Notes: generated from the letters alone by a model not told the origin. DNA of 64,000 nucleotides from Spirochaetia bacterium (GCA_965140585.1 OZ223264.1:96001-160000); one strand, 5' to 3'. Numbered from the stretch's first letter, positions 18,802 through 28,993 are shown. Numbers and translations are program-made.

Positions 18802-19822
18802 CAGGAAAACTCCAATCAGCAAGTCTTTAGCGGTTCTACTTAAACTGCATATAATTTTATTATCGCTAATTGCCCTTGCTTCCTTCTCTCTTCAGTTTGT
18901 GGAAATCCGGCTGGTTCCGGAAGGGCTGATTTCTGTTTTATTCCTGGTCTTCTTTTTTGCAGCGGTATTGTTTTCACTATATAAAAAAGTATACAGACCG
19001 ATTCACCGCATGGAAGATGCGATGGATCTTCTGTCTCAGGGAGATAATGATATTTTTGAAAGTGTAAAACTTGAGCCGGATAACGCGGTACTTTCCATGC
19101 ATTTTTCAGAGCTTATCCAGCTGCTTAAGGATTCAATAGACCGTGAGTATACATCCGACTATCTGAAAAAGGAGGCGGAGCTTAATGCCCTTCAGAGTCA
19201 AATAAATCCACATTTTCTTTATAATGTACTGGACGCAATTCGCGGACATGCTTTGAATGAGAGTGTTCCTGAGATTGCCGAGATGACTGAAGCCTTATCT
19301 AAACTGTTCCGGTACAGTGTCAGTCACTGGGAAAGTGAGGTTACTCTTGAAAGAGAGCTGATAAATGTCCGCAGCTATTTCAAAATTCAGCAATACCGTT
19401 TTAACAACAGGTTTGATTTAAGAGTTTTATTTGATGCCGATGAAAGCACTGCTTTATCCTGTAGAATGCCTAAATTGACGCTTCAGCCTGTAATAGAAAA
19501 TGCAATTTACCATGGTCTTGAAATGAAAATGGATAGGGGCATGGTTACAATCAGGATAAAAGTTTCGGGAAAGCTTCTGCTAATCGAAGTTTCTGATGAT
19601 GGTGTCGGAGTTGAGCAGGATGTGCTTGATTCAATCAATAGTTCTTTTGTCGACTGGAGGGCTGTAAAAGTTTATGAGAGAGAAAGTTCCGGCACCGGAA
19701 TTGCCCTTACAAATGTAAACAGCAGAATTAAGATGATGTACGGAGAAGATTACGGGCTGTACATGTATAGTACAAAGGGGTACGGCACTACAATAGAAAT
19801 ACTTCTTCCATTTATAGAATAG
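18794..19822 (+). CDS. YesM/LytS-type histidine kinase with minimal extracellular loop
   Basis: ALQSQINPHFLYN, LQPVIENAIYHG, DDGVG and GIALTNV motifs; two TMs separated by about 10 aa. Confidence 0.92.
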   Translation: MDNRKTPISKSLAVLLKLHIILLSLIALASFSLQFVEIRLVPEGLISVLFLVFFFAAVLFSLYKKVYRPIHRMEDAMDLLSQGDNDIFESVKLEPDNAVLSMHFSELIQLLKDSIDREYTSDYLKKEAELNALQSQINPHFLYNVLDAIRGHALNESVPEIAEMTEALSKLFRYSVSHWESEVTLERELINVRSYFKIQQYRFNNRFDLRVLFDADESTALSCRMPKLTLQPVIENAIYHGLEMKMDRGMVTIRIKVSGKLLLIEVSDDGVGVEQDVLDSINSSFVDWRAVKVYERESSGTGIALTNVNSRIKMMYGEDYGLYMYSTKGYGTTIEILLPFIE

Positions 19823-19844
19823 ACCTGACGGGGGAAATGAAACT

Positions 19845-21296
19845 ATGGGTGAATTACTCAGGATTAGATCACTTACAACTTCAAACAACACCGAATCGGG
19901 TTTAAACGGCTTTCGGCTGCAGATATTTGATCATGAAATTGCAGGTTTGATAGGATTGAACGGTTCAGGTAAAAGTCTGCTCGTTGATGTTCTTTCCGGT
20001 GAGAGGCAGGTTAGGAAAGGTGTTCTAAAAATAGGTGATAAAAGATGGAGGCTGGATACTCAGCGCCTGTCAAGGACGCTTCTTGAAGAAAACGGTGTAT
20101 ATATTGTGAAGAATGAAACCCGTCTGATAAAAAATCTCAATCTATCCGAGAATATGTCCATCTCGACTATTAAGAAGCTCAGAAGCATGTTGAAAAATCC
20201 GCTTAAGCAGGAGCCTTTGCTGCGTGCGCTGCTGGAAGAGTTTGCTTCTGATCTTGATATAAGTACAAAGGGTGATAATCTTCCGTTGTCTGCACACTGG
20301 CGAATCGGAATTATAAAAGCATACATGGAGGGGGCTAAATTAATAATACTCGATCGTATTCTGGAGTATTGCTCCGCTCCAGAAAATGAACAGATAATGA
20401 ATCTTGTACGGACCTTCCGTAGCAAGGGGACGGCTTTTCTGGTTACATATAATAAAACCGCCCGTTTTTTAAAAGATTTTGACAGGCTTGCAATTGTCAG
20501 AAATGGAAGGCTGGCAGCCGTTGTGCACAGGGAGGACTATGATCCGGAATCTCTTGCCGGACTAATGACAGGTCAAGCTTATTCTGAAACAACTGCAGTT
20601 AGAGCCGGTTCTGAGATACCCGGAAAAAAGAAACTTTTAGAGATAAAAGATCTCAATACAGAAAATTGTATGGCTGAATTAAGTCTGAATCTCTTCACCG
20701 ATGAAATCCTGGGTGTTTACGATCCCGTGCAGGAAAACTCAGAAACTCTTTTAAAGGTCTTAACGGGAAAATGTGAAATTAAAAGTGGGCAGATTCTCAT
20801 AGACGGAAAATCTGTAAGATTTGAAAGTGCACATCATGCTCTGAAATACGGAGTAGGAATAGTGTCTGAAATACTTTTTGACAGGCTTTTTTTTGAAGAC
20901 CTTTCAGCAGGGGATAATATTATGTTTTCTGCTGCGCGTCGGGCTTCAAGGTTTTTAGGGTTTATCTCATCACAGGTAGAACAGTATTTCTGCAAAAAGC
21001 TTCCTCCTGAAATTGGAATTTCTGCAGAATGTAATGACAAGCCTGTCAGATATGTAGACAGGCATATGCAGTTTGTCCTTGCCCTTCATATGAAGATACT
21101 AAGCGGTGCGCAGATTCTAATCCTGGAAAATCCGCTTCGAAGTGCCGATCTCATTACCAGGGAACTTGTTTATCACAATATTGCAGCCCAGACCAAGAAA
21201 GGTCTTGGAATAATTTTTATCTCCTCTGATTATTCAGAGCTCGACGGCTTTTGTGACAGAATTATACAGTTTGAACAAAAAGGAGTTTTTCAGTGA
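19845..21296 (+). CDS. Degenerate tandem-NBD sugar ABC ATPase-like protein
   Basis: RbsA-like layout with Walker A GLNGSGKS. Walker B reads IILDRILE and LILENPL, the H-switch reads VTYNK, and no LSGGQ signature is present. Confidence 0.85.
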   Translation: MGELLRIRSLTTSNNTESGLNGFRLQIFDHEIAGLIGLNGSGKSLLVDVLSGERQVRKGVLKIGDKRWRLDTQRLSRTLLEENGVYIVKNETRLIKNLNLSENMSISTIKKLRSMLKNPLKQEPLLRALLEEFASDLDISTKGDNLPLSAHWRIGIIKAYMEGAKLIILDRILEYCSAPENEQIMNLVRTFRSKGTAFLVTYNKTARFLKDFDRLAIVRNGRLAAVVHREDYDPESLAGLMTGQAYSETTAVRAGSEIPGKKKLLEIKDLNTENCMAELSLNLFTDEILGVYDPVQENSETLLKVLTGKCEIKSGQILIDGKSVRFESAHHALKYGVGIVSEILFDRLFFEDLSAGDNIMFSAARRASRFLGFISSQVEQYFCKKLPPEIGISAECNDKPVRYVDRHMQFVLALHMKILSGAQILILENPLRSADLITRELVYHNIAAQTKKGLGIIFISSDYSELDGFCDRIIQFEQKGVFQ

Positions 21297-22258
21297 AAAA
21301 CACTGCTCTGAAGCATCTATTGAGAGATCATCTTAATCTGTGGTTTATACTCGGTATAATTACAATCGAGTTGATTTTTTTAAAAATTGCAATTCCGAGT
21401 TTCATCTCTTTGAACAGCATTATCGGTTTTGGCCGTCAGTCTGCTATAATTTCAGTTCTGGCTATAGGTATGTGTATAATTCTAATAAGCGGAGGGTTCG
21501 ATCTTTCTGTGGGCGCAATCGTCTCACTGCTTGGAATGGTTGCAGCACTTTTATTTATCCGGTTCAATATTCCTCTGCTTCCGGTCTGTATTATTATTAT
21601 CGTTCTTGGCGGAAGCCTTGGTTTTCTTAACGGTTCGGTTTGTGCAAAAGTCCGGATTCATCCTTTCATACTTACTACAGCCCTGTCTGTTGTTTACAGG
21701 GGAACTGCGAACATTGTTAATAACGGAATGCCCATGTACGGACTTCCTGCAAGTCTCCTTAAACTGGATCGATATGCATTGCTTGGAGTTCCGCTCTCAC
21801 TGATAATACTGATTCTTTGTTTTGTTTTCGGTGCTTATATACTGAGGAAAACATATCTTGGAAAGTATATTTATGCGATCGGGCTGGACGAAAAAACAGC
21901 TGAATACGCAGGTATTGATTCAAAACTCATAAAAAAGATTGTATACAGCATTTCAGGAATGTTCTATGGAATAGCTTCAATTCTGCTTCTTACAAAGATA
22001 GGCTCAGCTCAGCCCAATGCTATGACCGGTATAGAACTCGATTTGCTTGTTGCCGCAGCTATAGGCGGGATAAGTTTCAAAGGCGGCAGGGGCCGGCTCC
22101 TGAATATAATACTTGGAGTGCTGCTAATGGAGATCTTCGCAGATACGTTGATTATCTTTAATGTTGGTGAATATTACAGAAGTATTTTCAAGGGGCTGGT
22201 TTTGCTGGCGGCCCTGTTTATGGATGGTGTAATTCGAACCGGAAAAGAAAAATCATAA
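21293..22258 (+). CDS. Sugar ABC permease (RbsC-like)
   Basis: SGGFDLSVG, GKYIYAIG and IGGISFKGGRG motifs. Confidence 0.9.
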   Translation: MKNTALKHLLRDHLNLWFILGIITIELIFLKIAIPSFISLNSIIGFGRQSAIISVLAIGMCIILISGGFDLSVGAIVSLLGMVAALLFIRFNIPLLPVCIIIIVLGGSLGFLNGSVCAKVRIHPFILTTALSVVYRGTANIVNNGMPMYGLPASLLKLDRYALLGVPLSLIILILCFVFGAYILRKTYLGKYIYAIGLDEKTAEYAGIDSKLIKKIVYSISGMFYGIASILLLTKIGSAQPNAMTGIELDLLVAAAIGGISFKGGRGRLLNIILGVLLMEIFADTLIIFNVGEYYRSIFKGLVLLAALFMDGVIRTGKEKS

Positions 22259-22329
22259 TTTTGTCTGAATTTTATCAACATAAATCTTAAATTTGTCTCA
22301 TTGCGTGCTGAATTCGGCAGTGTTATCCT
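22257..22329 (+). promoter_or_regulatory. Promoter TTGCGT-N17-TATCCT (extended -10) with upstream direct repeats
   Basis: -35 at 22301-22306; TGnTATCCT at 22321-22329; AAwTTTGTCT repeats at 22257 and 22289. Confidence 0.5.
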
Positions 22330-22366
22330 TAATTATCAGTAATAAACCACAAAGGGGTATCAAACA

Positions 22367-23893
22367 GTGCCGTCTCCGGTTCTAGAAATGAATAATATTA
22401 CTAAAAGTTTCTCGGGAGTAAAGGTCCTTGAAGATGTTCAGCTCACGATAAATCCAGGCGAAGTACATGCACTTATGGGTGAAAACGGTGCCGGAAAATC
22501 TACACTGATGAACATTCTTATGGGAATACATTCTGCAGACAGCGGACAGATTCTTCTCAACGGTAAAGTTGTTGTTAACAGAAGTCCCAAAGAAGCCATG
22601 GATAACGGAATATCCATGATTCATCAGGAACTTCACCCAATTCAGGATATGGACGTATCTGAGAATGTTTTTCTTGGAAGAGAGATCAGAAATGGAACGG
22701 AAGGTTTTTTCAGTCTTGTAAACAGAAATAAAATGAGACATGAGACCGCGAAACTTTTTGAGAATGCAGGTATCGATATTAATCCATCATCATTGATGCG
22801 GGATCTTAGTGTTGCTCAATGTCAGCTTGTTGAAATAATCAAGTCTGTAGCACTGTCATCCAAGATAATAATTATGGATGAACCTACATCCGCAATCACT
22901 GAAAAAGAAGTCGATTTGCTGTTCAACCAGATTAGAATGCTGAAGGAAAGCGGTACCGCAGTTATATATATTTCACATAAGATGGATGAAATATTCAGGG
23001 TTGCTGACCGGATTTCTGTTCTTAGAGACGGGAAATATATCGGCAGCGATAAAACAGAAAATCTTGATGAGCAGAAACTGATAAAGATGATGGTCGGCAG
23101 AGAGCTTACAGAGGTTTTTCCAAAAACAGAGGCCGAAATTGGCGAGATTATTCTTGAAGCAAAAAACTACAGATGGGGCAGAAAAGTCAGAGATGTAAGT
23201 TTTAATCTCCGGCGCGGAGAAATACTGGGTATTGCCGGTCTGGTCGGAGCAGGAAGAAGTGAGCTGGTTGAAACCATCTTCGGGGTGCATCCGGACGGAA
23301 GCGGTGATTTATATTTACACGGTGAAAAGATGTTCATTCGCAGGACAAGTGATGCCATCCGGCACCGGATTGCTCTGGTGACAGAAGACCGTAAAAAGAC
23401 GGGTCTTAATCTTATTGCATCCATTAAAGATAATATTACTCTGGTTTCGCTGGACCAGCTTTTTACAAAGGGTGTTATCAACAGGAAAAAAGAATCCAAA
23501 ATCGCAGATGAAAGCATTAAAAAGCTAAAGGTAAAAGCCCATTCAAAGTTTGATGCAACCAGCTCTTTGAGCGGCGGAAATCAGCAGAAAGTTGTTATAG
23601 CAAAATGGCTTTTATCAGAGCCTGATATTATTATCATGGACGAGCCGACCAGGGGTATCGATGTAGGCGCCAAAAGAGAGATTTATCTGCTTCTTGGTGA
23701 GCTTGTAAAAGCCGGGAAGGCGGTATTGATGATTTCATCCGAGATTCCTGAAATCATGGGAGTTGCAGACAGAATCCTTGTTATGGCTGAAGGCCGTATT
23801 ACCGGGGAGTTGCAAAGAGGAGAATTCTCCCAGGAAAAGATTATGCACTATGCTTCACAATTCAGAAAAGGAAATAATGATGAAGAAAATTAA
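22367..23893 (+). CDS. Sugar ABC ATP-binding protein (RbsA/MglA family), intact
   Basis: GENGAGKST, IMDEPTS, ISHK, LSGGNQQK and MDEPTRGID motifs. Confidence 0.95.
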   Translation: MPSPVLEMNNITKSFSGVKVLEDVQLTINPGEVHALMGENGAGKSTLMNILMGIHSADSGQILLNGKVVVNRSPKEAMDNGISMIHQELHPIQDMDVSENVFLGREIRNGTEGFFSLVNRNKMRHETAKLFENAGIDINPSSLMRDLSVAQCQLVEIIKSVALSSKIIIMDEPTSAITEKEVDLLFNQIRMLKESGTAVIYISHKMDEIFRVADRISVLRDGKYIGSDKTENLDEQKLIKMMVGRELTEVFPKTEAEIGEIILEAKNYRWGRKVRDVSFNLRRGEILGIAGLVGAGRSELVETIFGVHPDGSGDLYLHGEKMFIRRTSDAIRHRIALVTEDRKKTGLNLIASIKDNITLVSLDQLFTKGVINRKKESKIADESIKKLKVKAHSKFDATSSLSGGNQQKVVIAKWLLSEPDIIIMDEPTRGIDVGAKREIYLLLGELVKAGKAVLMISSEIPEIMGVADRILVMAEGRITGELQRGEFSQEKIMHYASQFRKGNNDEEN

Positions 23894-24842
23894 GGATATT
23901 ATGACACTTCGCTCAATGCGGGAACTTGGGATAGTATTTGTATTTGCTGCCATCCTGATTGTTCTGATGATTTTATCACCAAATGCATTCGCAAGACCTG
24001 CCAATCTTATAAATATAATCAAGCAGGCTTCCATTAATGGAATCCTCGCAATGGGTATGATGTTTGTAATTATAGGCGGTGACATTGATCTTTCAGTAGG
24101 ATCCATTGTTGCGCTAACCGGAGTTGTTTCAGCCAGTTTTGCACACCCCGGAGAGTATCCTCTGATCGTTCCGTTTATACTGGCCATTGTGATAGGTATG
24201 TTTGTAGGCTGGTTAAACGGTGTAGGGGTTTCTCATGGAAAAATACCTTCATTCATTGTAACTCTGGGTATGATGACAATAGTCCGTGGCGTTGCCCTTA
24301 TCATTGCAAAGGGAGCCCCTGTATTCGGAGTAACTGATGAATATGAGTTTATTGCCGGGGGCTTTCTTTTTGACCGGGTGCCTCTGCTTGTTGTTTACTT
24401 TGCTGTAATTACAGCAATAAGTGCCTATATTTTGAATAAAACCGTATTCGGGCGAAGGGTTTACGCGATAGGTGGTAATGATATTTCTGCGGCTTTTTCC
24501 GGAATAAATGTAAATAAAATTCGTATTACCATATTCATGATCTCAGGAATGCTTGCAGGGTTTGCCGGTCTGCTTCTGGCTTCAAGAACAGTATCTGGTA
24601 ATCCGACTGCAGGTCAGTCATATGAGCTTGACGCGATTGCAGCCGTAATTATCGGTGGAGTGAGCATGTCCGGAGGATCCGGAAAGTGGTACGGAACTGT
24701 AATAGGCGCACTGTTAATCGCTGTTATCGGTAATGGACTGGATATTCTGAATGTCTCGTCGCATTATCAGCTTGTCATCAAGGGGGCAATCATAATCTTT
24801 GCTGTACTTCTTGATGTTAAAGGTAAGGGAAAAACGGCTTAA
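23877..24842 (+). CDS. Sugar ABC permease (RbsC-like)
   Basis: GDIDLSVG, FGRRVYAIGGN and YELDAIAAVIIGG motifs. Start reassigned to the MMKK ATG at 23877. Confidence 0.92.
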   Translation: MMKKIKDIMTLRSMRELGIVFVFAAILIVLMILSPNAFARPANLINIIKQASINGILAMGMMFVIIGGDIDLSVGSIVALTGVVSASFAHPGEYPLIVPFILAIVIGMFVGWLNGVGVSHGKIPSFIVTLGMMTIVRGVALIIAKGAPVFGVTDEYEFIAGGFLFDRVPLLVVYFAVITAISAYILNKTVFGRRVYAIGGNDISAAFSGINVNKIRITIFMISGMLAGFAGLLLASRTVSGNPTAGQSYELDAIAAVIIGGVSMSGGSGKWYGTVIGALLIAVIGNGLDILNVSSHYQLVIKGAIIIFAVLLDVKGKGKTA

Positions 24843-24886
24843 GCCGGTTTAATAAAAATGGAATCTCATAATTTAGGAGGATTTTT

Positions 24887-25819
24887 ATGAGAAAACTGTT
24901 AACAATGGTTTTTACTCTCATGCTGGTCATGTCACTTTCTGTCTTTGCTTCAGGAAATTCAGAATCTGATGCAGCCAAACCTGCAAAATATGCACTTATG
25001 ATGAGTCATATGACAAACGCCTTTACAATGGAGCTGTCAAACGCTGTTAAAGAAAAAGCAGCTGAACTCGGTGTTGAACTTACCGTTTTTGATGGTGGGC
25101 AGGATGTTTCAAAGCAGATCAGCCAGGTTGAATCTGCTGTAAATCAGGGCTATGCAGGTATTCTTATTGAACCTGTATCAGTTGATGGAATTAAGCCTGC
25201 AGCAGAAACTGCCAAAAAGGCAGGTATTCCGCTGGTTACGGTTAACCAGAAAATTACACATCAGGAACTCACCAGTGCCTTTGTTGGTGCCAACCCTGTT
25301 GAAGGCGGAGAGCTTGAAATGAGAACCGCTGCAAATGATATCGGCGGATCAGGCAAGGTTGCCTTTCTGCTGGGGCCCCTGGGTTCTGATGCCCAGATTG
25401 GTAGAACCGAAGGATATTATAACGTACTCAAAGAGTTCCCTGGAATTGAAGTAGTATATGAACAGACTGCAAACTGGAGAACAGATGAAGCTCTGAAGCT
25501 TGTTGAAAACTGGCTTCAGACCGGAGTTGAACTTAAAGCTATTGTAGCAAACAATGACGGTATGGCTCTTGGTGCTCTGAAGGCTGTTGAAGATGCAAAG
25601 ATGCTTGATAAGATCAAGATTTACGGTCTTGATGCTACCCCTGATGCTCTTGCTGCTGTAAGAGAAGGCCGACTTTCTGCAACAATTTCTCAGAGCACTT
25701 CTGATCAGGGAATGGTTGCCATGGAAACAATTGTAAAGATTGTTAACGGAGAATCCGTACCTGCAGAAATAATTGTAGGACATACACTTATCAACAGTTC
25801 AAATATTGCTGATTTTTAA
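24887..25819 (+). CDS. Sugar ABC substrate-binding protein (RbsB-like)
   Basis: AGGAGG RBS; signal peptide; ANNDGMALGA and GLDATPDAL motifs. Confidence 0.92.
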   Translation: MRKLLTMVFTLMLVMSLSVFASGNSESDAAKPAKYALMMSHMTNAFTMELSNAVKEKAAELGVELTVFDGGQDVSKQISQVESAVNQGYAGILIEPVSVDGIKPAAETAKKAGIPLVTVNQKITHQELTSAFVGANPVEGGELEMRTAANDIGGSGKVAFLLGPLGSDAQIGRTEGYYNVLKEFPGIEVVYEQTANWRTDEALKLVENWLQTGVELKAIVANNDGMALGALKAVEDAKMLDKIKIYGLDATPDALAAVREGRLSATISQSTSDQGMVAMETIVKIVNGESVPAEIIVGHTLINSSNIADF

Positions 25820-25846
25820 TCTGATAAAATATTTAAATATCAGGAG

Positions 25847-25873
25847 GGACCGCAGAATGCGGTCCTTTTTTTT
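25847..25873 (+). terminator. Rho-independent terminator
   Basis: GGACCGCA-GAA-TGCGGTCC followed by T8. Confidence 0.85.
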
Positions 25874-26988
25874 CAGTAAGTTTTCTTCAGCCAGGAGAGG
25901 TATCCATCGCTGAGTTCTTCGGAAGTTCTTCCTGTGACCTGTTCGAATGCTGAATGAAGTACCGGCTGCAGAATTGATTCCGAATCTTCAGATTTAGCCC
26001 GATCGAAAAAATCTTTACCTGCACAGGCTTCAAGTATTTTACGGTGTACATCATCCCCCCAGGTTTCCGCCATATATTTCACTATCAGCGCTGAAATACC
26101 GTAAAAACATGATATTTCCTTTTCGTCTGTCATGGACGCCATATCAATACTCTCAAGCTTTGCGATATTCCAGGCTGCATCAGAAGGTGAAAGCCTGCCG
26201 CTTTTTATAAAATCACCTCCGAACACAGCGCCGTTGCCGTAGTGTACGGCGAGGCCTTCCGCATACCAGCCTGCCAGATAGTTTCTGCTTATTTTCAGTG
26301 TAATGTGATGAACAAGTTCATGCCTTATTGTTCCCTCATAGGGAGGAATGGTCGGATGGCCGGTCCAGATTTTCAGTGATTCATTTGCCTCTCCCCATGC
26401 CGTGAACTGCCTTTCGATTATAGGGTATGTTCTCTGCCTCAGCAGTTCTCTGTCGGTATACAGCTTGACCGGAAAGTTCTCATCAACACCTGTACCGAAC
26501 AGGTCCGACAATGCCTCATTTGAATTTATAAGGTATCTTTCAAATGACTGAAGATTCCTTTCATTTTCCCGGTAGAAGATTCTGAATCCGTCAACATCAT
26601 GCCGCAGGAAATCCAGATCGCAGTCCAGCCACTTGCCGTCCTGATAGCTGTACACAATGTTATAATTAAAGTCAAAGTTTTCACCGGCATATATGTGCTT
26701 CTGATTGATGTGAACAAGTACAGTTCTTTGGTCAATCTGATCGATTCCGGTAATATTAAAAGAAAGGTTTTGAAAATCATTATTTGCCATATACCAGAAC
26801 CAGGCATAGCTTTCATTACGGTAGTAGCTGTCTTCGGTGCTTAGCGTGGACATGTATAAATCTGAATCGGAGGTATTGATTGCGGTAATTTTATTATTCC
26901 ATGATTCAGAAAGCTTTTCTTCCACCGAAACACAGGAAAAAAATATTGCCGTCATAAAAACGATGAGTGTAAAAATTTTCTTTTTCAT
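25873..26988 (-). CDS. Lipoprotein with gluzincin/peptidase MA-like domain
   Basis: Lipobox FFSC; HELVH (HExxH) and WYAEGLA motifs. Confidence 0.8.
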   Translation of the reverse strand: MKKKIFTLIVFMTAIFFSCVSVEEKLSESWNNKITAINTSDSDLYMSTLSTEDSYYRNESYAWFWYMANNDFQNLSFNITGIDQIDQRTVLVHINQKHIYAGENFDFNYNIVYSYQDGKWLDCDLDFLRHDVDGFRIFYRENERNLQSFERYLINSNEALSDLFGTGVDENFPVKLYTDRELLRQRTYPIIERQFTAWGEANESLKIWTGHPTIPPYEGTIRHELVHHITLKISRNYLAGWYAEGLAVHYGNGAVFGGDFIKSGRLSPSDAAWNIAKLESIDMASMTDEKEISCFYGISALIVKYMAETWGDDVHRKILEACAGKDFFDRAKSEDSESILQPVLHSAFEQVTGRTSEELSDGYLSWLKKTY

Positions 26989-27038
26989 AATGGAATAATT
27001 ATAACATGATATAATTATTTGAAAGGAGAGTAGTTGTT

Positions 27039-27314
27039 TTGATTGAGATTAATGAGCTGCTTAGTATTATCATTGACATCGTAAGTTTTTCGTTTCTGCT
27101 TATTGCCGGTTCCAAGGTGAATTTTCAGCGTTTTAAGCTCATTATTCTTGCAGTTATTTTTGTTGTCCTCAGCCATACAGCAACCGTTGTGGAGGGCTTT
27201 TTACTACCAAATTTTTTTAATGTCCTTGAACACTTGTTTTTATTATCCGCGATGATAACTCTGCTTTTTGCTGTCTCAAGAATTGCCTTTAAAAGTGAAT
27301 GTTCCGGTGCCTGA
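27039..27314 (+). CDS. Small 3-TM membrane protein
   Basis: AAGGAG RBS with TTG start; three hydrophobic segments; overlaps the downstream kinase start. Confidence 0.7.
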   Translation: MIEINELLSIIIDIVSFSFLLIAGSKVNFQRFKLIILAVIFVVLSHTATVVEGFLLPNFFNVLEHLFLLSAMITLLFAVSRIAFKSECSGA

Positions 27315-28257
27315 TATTATCATAATAATTAATACAGCAGGTATTCTTGCCGGTTTTGCAGGTATATTTCTGATTATAAAAGCGATTATCAGGAAGCGAC
27401 TGGTCTGGCAGAGCGGTATTTTTCTTCTCATTCCCGTCCTGGTTCTCATCTTTGTATTTACGGCAAATGTTTTCGAATATGAGCACCTCTATATCAATAT
27501 GGATCAGTATGAAGAGTATCTTGAACTGCTGATAATTCCTGCTCTTCTTATTTTTCTGTATTCACTTGTGACAGAAGAGGTGCTGAAAGAAAAAGTGAAA
27601 CGTGAGCAGGAACTTGAGAGAATGGTCAAGGAGCGAAACCTGTTCATTCAGGAACTGCAGCACCGTATCAAAAATAATCTACAGCTGATAAGCAGTTTTA
27701 TTAATCTTCAGATTGGTAATTCTGACAAGCGTGAAATTATGGATGCACTGGGAGCTGCAGTAAATAGGATTGATTCACTTGGTGTAGTGCAGAATGTACT
27801 TTACGACATAGATGATTTCTCAAATATCAGGATAGAATCATGTTTCGGTGAGGTTATAAGAAATCTTGTCGGATATTTTGAAATTGATACCAGAGAGACG
27901 CTTGTTGAGCTTTCTGATAGGGGTATTACAGCCGGGATGGATACAGTTGTGTCATGCTGCGTAATAATTAATGAGCTGGTTAGCAATATATTCAGGCATG
28001 TTAAAAGCCATGTTGAGAGATGTGTAATTAAAATTGATGTAGATCAGAGTTCTGACGGTATGCTGATTATCGGCCTGTCAGATAACGGCCCCGGCTTAAG
28101 TGAGAATATCAGCTTTGAGAAGACTCCGGGTCTTGGACTTTTAATAGTAGATGTTGTGACTCAGCAGATAGGCGGAACTGTAGAGATACTCAGGGGCAGC
28201 GGGACTGAATTCCGTTTTAAAATCCCTGCAGAAACAAAAAAAGTAATTGAAAAATAA
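27307..28257 (+). CDS. Membrane sensor histidine kinase (HisKA_2 type)
   Basis: ELQHRIKNNLQ, INELVSN, DNGPG and GLGL motifs. The probable start is GTG 27307, in frame with the ORF from 27268. Confidence 0.88.
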   Translation: MPDIIIIINTAGILAGFAGIFLIIKAIIRKRLVWQSGIFLLIPVLVLIFVFTANVFEYEHLYINMDQYEEYLELLIIPALLIFLYSLVTEEVLKEKVKREQELERMVKERNLFIQELQHRIKNNLQLISSFINLQIGNSDKREIMDALGAAVNRIDSLGVVQNVLYDIDDFSNIRIESCFGEVIRNLVGYFEIDTRETLVELSDRGITAGMDTVVSCCVIINELVSNIFRHVKSHVERCVIKIDVDQSSDGMLIIGLSDNGPGLSENISFEKTPGLGLLIVDVVTQQIGGTVEILRGSGTEFRFKIPAETKKVIEK

Positions 28258-28313
28258 TAAAAAGATAAATACTTTATATATAATAAATAATATATTAAAT
28301 ATGAGGTGTTTAA

Positions 28314-28982
28314 ATGAAAAAATATATTCCTGTGATTTTCCTTTTTCTTTTTATCTTCTCATGTGCCGCTGATGAATCGGCTTCTACAGCTGAGGCTGAC
28401 GGTTATATTAAAAACGGTCTGAGGTATGTTGAGATTCCTGAAAAAAGCAGTCAGATTCAGCTGAAAGTATACAGAGGCGATTATGTTGTTTTTCAGCCCT
28501 CTGAAAGCGATTCCGCTTTACTGAGTATTCCGGGCCTGGATATAAATGAGACTGTTTATAAATCATCAGCTGATGCAGGTTATATAAAAATGAAAAGTGC
28601 CGGTGAGTTCGAGTTCACCATTGGTGGTAAAAAAGGCACTGTCACGGTAACAGAATTTGAGGCGGAAAGCTACAAGGCTGTTTCAGCGGAAGATGCTTAT
28701 AACCTTATTAAGACTGTGGATCCTGTTATTCTTGATGTAAGAACCCAGGCAGAATACGACAGCGGGCATCTGGAAGGCGCGATCCTGATTCCGGTTCAGG
28801 TGCTTGAACAGAATATGGGTGTACTGGAACAGTTTAAAGATGAGAACATCCTTGTTTACTGTGCGTCCGGAAACCGCAGTACTGTGGCTTCGAAGCTGCT
28901 TCTTGAGGCAGACTTCTCCCGTCTGTACAACATGCGCTACGGTATAAGAGAGTGGCTGCAGAAGGGTTATCCGGTAGAATGA
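28314..28982 (+). CDS. Rhodanese-domain lipoprotein
   Basis: Lipobox IFSC; LDVRT.AEYDSGHLEGA motif; active-site loop YCASGNRS. Confidence 0.88.
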   Translation: MKKYIPVIFLFLFIFSCAADESASTAEADGYIKNGLRYVEIPEKSSQIQLKVYRGDYVVFQPSESDSALLSIPGLDINETVYKSSADAGYIKMKSAGEFEFTIGGKKGTVTVTEFEAESYKAVSAEDAYNLIKTVDPVILDVRTQAEYDSGHLEGAILIPVQVLEQNMGVLEQFKDENILVYCASGNRSTVASKLLLEADFSRLYNMRYGIREWLQKGYPVE

Positions 28983-28993
28983 CCCTTCTGCAT

